Source: Octopus sinensis | Taxonomy: Eukaryota | Reading direction: 5' to 3' | Length of the DNA stretch: 17,410 nucleotides | NCBI RefSeq assembly: GCF_006345805.1 | Contig: NW_021824788.1 | Location: 1 to 17,410, forward strand | In this document: positions 9,042 through 17,410 of the stretch, in pieces | Position numbering within the stretch: the stretch's first letter is position 1 | Layout: each line of letters starts with the position of its first letter | Made by a program: the position numbers and the translations under genes | Notes under the pieces: generated by a model | The model's database searches: none | What the model was told of the DNA's origin: nothing | Seen by the model: the letters and a program-made list of their open reading frames with translations, nothing else

Positions 9042-9419
9042 ACGAACAGCTACAAAGTCACACAAATGAACGGGCAGTTAAGGAGTGGATAAATGTGCGT
9101 GTGTGAATCGCTAACCAAGAAACACTGATCCACTCCCAGTTGCTCAACTTAAAGGTTCTTTGTAAAATATGTGTATAGCAAGCGAACCTCTACACATTTG
9201 ATCACAAATATATCGTCACAGACACATGTACGTACATAAACAAACAGCGCGTATTAATGATGGAGGTGGCTAATGATGGTATTGAGCTCTATGAACTTGT
9301 TTGACTGACAATTATATATGCTTCAATTATGAAAGGAACAAAATGACACGCATTCATAATAATTTTAGACACATACTATAGACATACGTACACACAAATA
9401 CATGCATACCATTGAAAAT

Positions 9420-9975
<556 letters not shown>

Positions 9976-10651
9976 ACACTATTTCCATACATGTGTAGAC
10001 AATACTTCAATACTTTGTCGAGAAACAGGGACCACTCCTTGCTGGTGTCACAAAAAAAAATTTACCCATTGATCCGGATCAGTGATTATCAGTTTCTCAT
10101 CACTAAACTGTGTGATGTTGGGTGAGGAGGTGTGGGTGATGTGAGGTGGAACAGTGAAATAGGGGTGGAAGGGAGTGGCGAGCTGAGGAGGGGGGAATAT
10201 GGTGGTGGAAGAGATGAGGATGACAATGTGAAAATACTACGGGAGTGGGGGGGTTGATTATGGTGGTGGTGGTGGTCGTCGTCGTCGTCGTCGTCGTCGT
10301 GGTAGAGGAGAGTGTAGCAAAGGGGAGGAGTAGAGGTGAAAGAAAATAACTGAATCATGAAGGTTGATTATGTAGGTGGTGGTGAAGTTGCTGAAGTCAA
10401 CAGAGGTGCAGGAAGATGTTTGCGGCCGGAAGATTAGAGATGAATGAGGAATTAAACGGAATTAAATCAATTATGTACATAGGCACACATATATACACCT
10501 ATTCACAGCCCACTTACACACATGCATGCATACATACATGCATACATACATGCACACATACATATACATGTTTATATACACATACACACACACATATATA
10601 TATGTACATATATATATATAATATATATATATATATTCGTGTGTGTATAAT

Positions 10652-10826
10652 ACACATTCTTTATTTTCTCTCCTTGTTTCTTTCTGTGTTCCTTTCTGTG
10701 GAAGAGCGTAGGCTCGAAACGTTAAAGACTTTTTCACTTCCCGAGCGTTTAAACTAATACATTTGTTTGTTGTCTACACCACCTGTCTTCGTCTTTTGTT
10801 TTTTTTTTGTGAATTTTCCCATTATA
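10652..10826 (+). mobile_element. Short hammerhead-bearing module between microsatellites (putative non-autonomous Penelope-type element)
   Basis: About 175 nt of complex sequence between TA/CA-type repeats and (GT)n, containing HHR-3. Confidence 0.45.
10692..10727 (+). ncRNA. Minimal type I hammerhead-like fold with A6U substitution (HHR-3)
   Basis: Plus strand reads CTTT-CTGTGGA-A-GAGC-GTAG-GCTC-GAAA-C-G-T-T-AAAG. Stems I and II are each 4 bp, and stem III is the palindrome AACGTT. The core differs from CUGANGA at position 6. Confidence 0.55.
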
Positions 10827-11298
<472 letters not shown>

Positions 11299-11349
<51 letters not shown>

Positions 11350-11850
11350 TATATATATATATGTATGTATGTATGTAAACATATATATATGTATATACAT
11401 GCAAGCATGCATACATGCATACATACATACATGTGTGTGTGTGTATGGATATATATATATGTAGATGTCGGTACGTACATATATGTTTGTATGTATGCAT
11501 ATATTTTATTTATTACACTATTGTCTGACAGCGCTTCGCGTCGGGTTCGTTTGAATTTTCGATTTTTCGAATTCTCACTTCGAACAAGTAAAAGAGTATA
11601 TAACACTTGTCTTTGTTATGCTAATTCCAGAGTTGGAGCTTTGTTTCTTTGTTGGAAGAATTTCAATAATTAAAAAAGATAGCCAATACATACATACTTA
11701 CATACGTACTTACATACATACATACTTACATACATACATAAATGCAAGCATACACACACACACATACATACATACACACACACAAACAGACGCACGCATA
11801 CATACAAACATACATGCATACATTCATACAGACAAACAGACAGACAGACG
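11299..11850. repeat. (CA)/(TA)/(TACA)n microsatellites surrounding a complex island at about 11510-11685
   Basis: Direct reading. Confidence 0.9.
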
Positions 11851-12823
11851 TAATATATTAGTAAGCTATATATTAAAGTAACGTAAACTACATGTGCGGC
11901 AGATCGTATGTTCTTACCTACATACATGGAGATTGCTCCATCTTTACAAATGATTGCTGTTACCATGTAGTTTCTCGTTGTCAATAGCATTTCTCACTTT
12001 CAGTCCTTGACCTGATCCGATTACTAAGGCAGAACAATAAAGAACTCTACCTGACCTCACTTGACCTGATATGACCCGATGTGAACGGACCTAACCATAT
12101 AAAAGGATGAACAACGAATGCCAAACTTTGCAACTTCAATCGAAGAATATTGTTAACACATTTTACTCTCTACAACACTCTTGAAAGGTTTTTACAAAAA
12201 TATCATTAGAATACACCATGACTGCAATTTTACTTGGAAACCATCGGGCACACCACCATAAGAGCAGAGCATTATCATTGATGTCGTACGGTAATGAGAG
12301 AAAAAAAAACAGAAAAAAAAAACAGAAAAAGTGATGGACGATACAATTCTGTATTTCGCTGTCCTTGCAAAGGGATCATACTTCAAATGGATTCTTCCAT
12401 TTTACAGGGACAAGCAACAAAGTTCACTGCCATCTTAGTTCGTGCAAAATTTTATGAATGCATTCTCTTTTTGTAATGGAAACACAACAGTGAGTTTAAC
12501 AGAAAAGTCTTCTGGTACTGAACCGAAAGGTGTGTGGAATCATCATTTCTCAATGTGTATGAGCAAGTGCGGGTTAATCCCATACTAATTGGCGAAGCAA
12601 GAATTGCTGGAGAGGGAGAGAGGAAAGTGCCAAATGGCGACCAAGTTCATCTATCTGAAGATAATGATGCATTTGTATTCTAGTCACTGAAAAGTGATTA
12701 GAAAAGATGCAGATGATTCATTAGTGATTTCGTTAAATGATTTAAATGAAGATGTGATCTGAAGTCTTTGTCATTAATATGGATGATATGACACGATTTC
12801 GTTTTGAATTATAATAAAAATAA

Positions 12824-13133
12824 CAAAGAAGAAACTGGTACTCCGTCGGTTAAGACGACGAGTGTTCCAGTTGATCCAATCAATGGAACAGCCTGCTTGT
12901 GAAATTAACGTGCAAGTGGTTCAGACACGCGTACTTTGAACATAGTTCTCAGGGAGATCCACTATGACACAGAATGTGACAATCATGGGTGCCACTCATT
13001 TTTGCCGGGTGAGTTGACTGAATGGAATAAAGTGTCTTGTTCAAGGACACAACACAACGTGCTGCCAGGAATCGAACTCACGACCTTACGATCGTAACCT
13101 AAGTACCCTAACAAATGCACCACGCACTTTCAC
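12824..13133 (-). mobile_element. tRNA(Arg)-like SINE family C, tail type 2
   Basis: Minus strand GTGAAAGTGCGTGG...TTACGATCGTAAGGTCGTGAGTTCGATTCC...TTGTGTCCTTGAACAAGACACTTTATT shares its head and core with 4632-4760, then continues into an unrelated 3' half. Confidence 0.8.
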
Positions 13134-13697
13134 AATGATAATAAAGTATATGATCATTCATAGAATATTTAGCAGTGTTGATCATGGCATGATATGTCAC
13201 AAATTTCGTGACCTCAGTCTCACTGGAAAACTGGGGGAGTGGCTGCGTGAATTTTAAAAGATAAAAGTCAGATAGTTGCAGCCACCGGTGCTCTCGCTGG
13301 GAAGACGTGAATCCGCAGCGGAATTCCTCAGGGAACAGTACTGGGACCACTACAGTTTGTAGTAGCTCTCTCAGACATGCCCACAGTCGTACAGTCAGCC
13401 ACTCACACTCTGATGATACAACAGTATCACAGACGGTCAAGGACACTGATGAAATACTAAAACTGCAGAACGACCTGCATGCAATATACAAACGGGCTGA
13501 TGAAAATAATGTGCAGTTCAATGCTGATAAGTTTCAAGCACTCAGCTATCGGTCCACAAACAGACTACAATAGGAATATTTAGGACCAAGGGGCAGTGCA
13601 GTCCCAGAGTTAGGATCGGTGCGTGATCTGGTAATCCTTCTGAGTAATGATGCAACATTCCCTGCGCATATTACCAAGATGGCAACACTGTGTAGGC
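13134..13697 (+). pseudogene. Decayed CR1/L2-group LINE reverse transcriptase fragment
   Basis: VDHGMICHKFRDLSLTGKLGEWLREF / KDKSQIV..SGIPQGTVLGPLQFVVALSDMP / HSDDTTVSQ (YADD equivalent)..LQNDLHAIYKRADENNVQFNADKFQALSY*..VRDLVILLSNDATFPAHI, with two frameshifts and stops. It includes part of track ORF 13307-13573. Confidence 0.85.
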
Positions 13698-13704
13698 CGA
13701 AGCA

Positions 13705-13808
13705 GATATATATATATTCCTATGTACGTATGCATGTATGTATGCATGTATGTATGTATGTATGTATGCATGTATGTATGTATGTATGTATGTATGCATG
13801 CATGCATC
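13705..13808. repeat. (TATG)n microsatellite truncating the LINE fragment
   Basis: Direct reading. Confidence 0.95.
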
Positions 13809-13837
13809 TATACGACTGAGTGAACATATAGTGACAC

Positions 13838-13887
13838 CACGTGACCTTCCTTGACCAATAGCGGCCCATCTGCCGGCAGCCATCTTG
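13838..13887. promoter_or_regulatory. Compact cluster of E-box, CCAAT box and YY1-like motif
   Basis: CACGTGAC at 13838-13845, GACCAATAG with CCAAT at 13855-13859, and GCCATCTTG at 13879-13887, all within a 50-nt GC-richer island. Motif match only. Confidence 0.3.
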
Positions 13888-14737
13888 GATTTCTCAGTTA
13901 TATATATATATACCGTAAAGGTAATATATTATATATATATATTATATATATATATCGTTAACAATTCTTTTACAAAGCGTAATTTTGTGTTATCTATCCA
14001 ACTTGGCATATAAAATATCTCAGGTAGACAACACTTTAAGGCAGAACGCACGTCACGGTAAAAATGACTCTGTAGACACCATCTAAAGAAATACTGGCAT
14101 TTAATATTTGCAGAAATGGCAGAAAGTTAAACAAATTGCCTTGAGATATTTAGTTGCTGTCCTTTGCATTCTGAGTTCAATAACAAAACAATGGCTCAGT
14201 GATGTGTATAAGGAACGATTCAATTAACAGCACCACATCGCAAAATTTAGTGTTGTTTCAGTGCGTTAATATATTTACCAATTTCATTATTAGATTACGA
14301 ATGTATAAAATATGTATGTATAATATATTTATAAATATATGAAAGGAAATGGTGAGCGTTGATATTCATGTGAGAGAAAAAGCGAAGGAGCGAAATAGTA
14401 AGAGAAGAGAAAGGAAAGAAAGAAAAAGAGCAAAAATTGAGAAAGAAAGAGATAGAAAAAAAAGGAGATGGGAAGCAAATATTAGTAATAGAGGAGATTG
14501 GGAGAAATGATAGAGAGGAAGGGGAAGGTAAAAGGAAAGAGCTTCTAGGATATCGGGAACCATCAAAGGTAGAAATAACAACAAAATCGACGACGCTATC
14601 CTTTGTCTTGGCTAACTCTTGATCCTTCCGATGTTTTGGTGATGTCCGTGTTAATGGCAGTACCAAGAGAGTGGAGGTGGGAGGAGATGAAAGGCGGGTA
14701 TAGTTTGGAGGTAAGTTTGACGGAAGACGAAAGCAAC

Positions 14738-15000
14738 AGTAGTGGTAGTAGTATTAGTATATTAGTATAGTAGTAGTAGTAGTAGTAGTAGTAGTCTAGT
14801 AGTAGTAGTATTAGTGGCGTGTGGTGGTGGTGGTGTTAGTAGTAGTAGTATTAGTGGTGGTGGTGGCGTGTGGTGGTGGTGGTAGTAGTAGTAGTAGTTA
14901 GTAGTAGTAGTCGTGGTGGGTAGTAGCAGCAGCAGTAGCAGTAGTAGATTTGTAGCGCAGCAGCAGCAGTAGTAGTAGTAGTTAGTAGTAGTAGTAGTAG

Positions 15001-15038
<38 letters not shown>

Positions 15039-15175
15039 CAGCAGCAGCATACAGTAGTAGTAGAGTAGTAGTAGTAGTTAGTAGTAGTAGTAGTAGTAGC
15101 AGCAGCAGCGCAGCAAAAGTAGTAGTAGTAGAGTAAGTAGTAGTTGTAGTAGTAGTAGTAGTAGTAGTAGTTAGT
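14738..15175. repeat. Compound trinucleotide array (TAG)n/(TGG)n/(CAG)n
   Basis: Direct reading. Confidence 0.97.
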
Positions 15176-15348
15176 GTTATTGTTTGTTTTTGTTTTGTTT
15201 TTTTTAGCTCCAAGTCGCCCCTGATGGAGCAGGCCTGTGGATCAAAGATATTATTCCAGCAAGGACCGACATTTCGATTGTGCTTTCCTTTCTCATGTTG
15301 GTGGTATGTAATTTGAAAGAAACTTGACTGTTCTTTCTAGCAAGGTCC
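15175..15348 (-). mobile_element. SINE-like 3' module family D with an A/AAAC tail
   Basis: The reverse complement reads TGCTAGAAAGAACAGTCAAG...GCTGGAATAATATCTTTGATCCACAGGCCTGCTCCATCAGGGGCGACTTGGAGCT followed by AAAAAAACAAAAC. Confidence 0.6.
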
Positions 15349-15498
15349 AGAGACTGCATAAAAATTCATTGGCTTATGATGCTCCTGTTTGTGGTTGGTT
15401 CGTAGTGGTGGCCACGTCAGATTGCTTAGCAACTTCTCCTTTCTTACCCTCCACTTGATAACACGCAATAACCACACACACACACACACACAACATAA

Positions 15499-15562
15499 CC
15501 TCAACGTGGTCGCACGAAGTGCTAGAAATTGAGACCAAATCTCTCTCCAGTAAAATCCTACC
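15499..15562 (+). mobile_element. Family D fragment
   Basis: GTGGTCGCACGAAGTGCTAGAAATTGAGACCAAATCTC matches the family motif. Confidence 0.5.
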
Positions 15563-15693
15563 AAATTAGCCAAAGCAAAACACTGAATAATGTATGTTAG
15601 ACACCTACAAAGAAGAGATGGTCACGGTTGGGTTGTTACTGATCATAGCTCTGGTTCAATTAGGGTTATCCTAGAGCCGAACAACTTACCTCA

Positions 15694-15926
15694 AATACCT
15701 ATTTCTTTACTACCCACAAGGGGCTAAACACAGAGAGGACAAACAAGGACAGACAAACGGATTAAGTCGATTATATCGACCCTAGTGCGTAACTTATACT
15801 TATTTAATCGACCCCGAAAATATGAAAGTCAAAGTCGATCTCGGCGGAATTTGAACTCAGAACGTAGCGGCAGACGAAATACCGCTAAGCATTTCGCCGC
15901 TAAGCGTTTCTGCCAGCTCACCGCCT
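15694..15926 (-). mobile_element. tRNA-derived SINE family B, copy 2
   Basis: TACCTATTTCTTTACTACCCACAAGGGGCTAAACACAGAG...AAGTCGATT is nearly identical to 5311-5390. B box GAGTTCAAATTCC on the minus strand. Confidence 0.88.
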
Positions 15927-16340
15927 CAACGGCAGCCCTTAACCGCATCAGTCAGCTCTATGAGGACAACCACAACCATCCCTTAAAGTACCTCTAAAAC
16001 CGCATCCACCTCAACATCACCTCCCCATCATTTACTTTCACTAACCACATCAACTTGCACCATTACACACAACAACCGCAATAAAACAGACAATCCTTCT
16101 CATTTATTCACACTTAACACTTATTATTATCATCATCGTCTGCACACAACTACATCGTTAACCACAACTATTCCTAAGACCACCTCCACCATCACCTGCA
16201 ACAACAACAACAATATACAATCACCTCCGCTCCCATTTTCATTACTATTGTACCATAAACTCCAATTACATTTAGCATCATCGCCGCTACTATACCGCAC
16301 CCCAAAATTTAACGACAATTGCGTTGAACTGTCGAGGAAG

Positions 16341-16503
16341 CCTCTACATGGTCGCACCAACTGCTAGAAAAAGCAGCTTAATGCTGTCCTGCTGCGCGTT
16401 AACAATTTACAAAAGGAAGTATATATATATATATTCGTTGAAAGGATAACTTGGGTTTGTACGCTTCGATCAAACGTCTGTTTGATCAGGCTAATGAACA
16501 ACA
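16341..16503 (+). mobile_element. Family D copy, degraded, with a terminal hairpin
   Basis: TGGTCGCACCAACTGCTAGAAAAAGCAGC ... GATCAAAC-GTCT-GTTTGATC ... AACAACAC. Confidence 0.5.
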
Positions 16504-16659
16504 CTAATTGTAATCACCTCAACAACACAAACAAACCATTGATTTTTATTTTTTCATTTCATTTATTATTATTATTTTGTTTGTTGTTGTTTTTTTTATC
16601 AAATATTCAGTCGCTACCCGAAAATTGGTGACTATGGTTGTAAAGGTAGTAAGTGTGAG

Positions 16660-16795
16660 TGTATAATGTATATATATAAATATTGTATATATATAAAATA
16701 TATATATAATATATATATATAATATATATAGATATATATAATATTTATATATATACATATTTATATATATATACATACATATATAGATATATATT

Positions 16796-16841
<46 letters not shown>

Positions 16842-16875
16842 TATATATATATGATGTATGCATGTATGTATAGTA
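16660..16875. repeat. (TA)n-rich microsatellite
   Basis: Direct reading. Confidence 0.97.
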
Positions 16876-16890
16876 TGTGACATTAGTTGG

Positions 16891-16965
16891 TTGTCATAAT
16901 AAAACTCAGAATTTCGGATGCCGTGGCTGAAGTCTGCTCTGGCATCTCATCAGTTATTAAGACAA
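16891..16965 (-). ncRNA. Type I hammerhead ribozyme fold with canonical core (HHR-1)
   Basis: Minus strand reads TTGTCTTAATAA-CTGATGA-GATGCC-(18 nt)-GGCATC-C-GAAA-TTCTGAG-TT-TTATTATGACAA. Stem I has 11 of 12 bp paired (one U.U), stem II is a perfect 6 bp, stem III is short, and the cleavage triplet is GUU (cut between 16903 and 16902). One extra C precedes GAAA. Confidence 0.8.
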
Positions 16966-17117
16966 AATCGCTATGAAATAAACGTTGAATAAAGGGAAAT
17001 TACACCATCATAGAATCCACATATGCACAAATATACACACACATACACGTACGTACACACGTACACACGCACACACACACACACACACGTGTGTGTGTGT
17101 ATGTATGTATGTATGTA

Positions 17118-17384
17118 TTTTTACTTGTTTCAGTCACTTGACTGCAGCCATGCAGGGCCTATTTTTTTTAAGCTTGTTACTTGTTCTATCGGTCTTTTTC
17201 GTCAAACCGCTAAGTTACGGGAACGTAGACACACCAACACCGGTTGTCGAGGGCAAACACAAATACAAAGACACGACGCGCTTCTTTCAGTTTTCGTCTA
17301 CCAAATTCACTCACAATGCTTTGGTCAGCCCGAGGCTATAGTAGAAAACACTCGCCCAAGGTGCCATGCAGTGGGACCATGTAG
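17118..17384 (-). mobile_element. SINE family A copy with internal deletions, missing the 5' head
   Basis: Aligns block-wise to 3005-3365 (TTACTTGTTTCAGTCA...CCGCTAAGTTACGG...CCCGAGGCTATAGTAGAA...CAGTGGGAC) and stops at (GATA)n. Confidence 0.85.
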
Positions 17385-17410
17385 ATAGATAGATAGATAG
17401 ATACATAGAT

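Noticed and set aside
10110-10330. G-quadruplex in the G-rich tract
   Set aside because: The GGG runs are separated by long loops and no four-tract motif with short loops was found.
10089-10358. ORF with D8-H6 runs suggesting a metal-binding peptide
   Set aside because: It arises from a (TGG)n(TCG)n microsatellite in purine-rich low-complexity DNA, with no splice or domain support.
12330-12790. Possible very old LINE RT fragment (minus-strand GSVPEDFSVKLTVVFPLQKENAFIKFCTN*) or exon
   Set aside because: Only a loose resemblance to the G-x-VP-x-DW...P-x-x-K motif, with stops in all frames and no second supporting motif. A translated HMM search would be needed.
13911-13917. TACCGTA as the partner end of the Tc2/pogo-like TIR
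   Set aside because: Only 7 nt match, it lies on the wrong side (7 kb downstream) and it sits in a TA run.
14117-14180. Degraded family B-like SINE head on the plus strand (TGGCAGAAAGTT...TTCTGAGTTCAA)
   Set aside because: Plausible but only two short blocks match and no body follows, so it was not listed as a feature.
14661-14710. Plus-strand micro-exon with a perfect GAG|GTAAGT donor
   Set aside because: The acceptor has a poor pyrimidine tract, the single open frame gives an unremarkable 16-aa peptide, and such donors occur by chance in 17 kb.

Overview
AT-rich, repeat-dense eukaryotic genomic DNA, most likely intronic or intergenic. The SINE families look like those of a coleoid cephalopod, probably Octopus; this is recalled knowledge, not a database match. 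There is no intact gene, rRNA, true tRNA gene or CRISPR array. Nearly all ORFs in the supplied track are microsatellite translations. Supported content: many micro- and minisatellites; at least four families of tRNA-derived SINEs or SINE modules (one copy has a perfect 15-bp target-site duplication); three decayed LINE fragments (RTE-type RT C-terminus, R4/Dong-like restriction-like endonuclease, CR1/L2-group RT); a mariner-type MITE; a solo Tc2/pogo-like terminal repeat; and one candidate 173-nt minus-strand coding exon. The two most notable observations are: (1) four type I hammerhead-ribozyme folds from three unrelated short modules embedded in microsatellites, one with a canonical CUGAUGA/GAAA core and an 11/12-bp stem I, two with the compensatory U3-A8 core, and one with A6U; (2) a large inverted repeat whose inner 117 bp are 97% identical while the outer arms are only about 85% identical. 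Ribozyme activity, transcription and family names are untested inferences.
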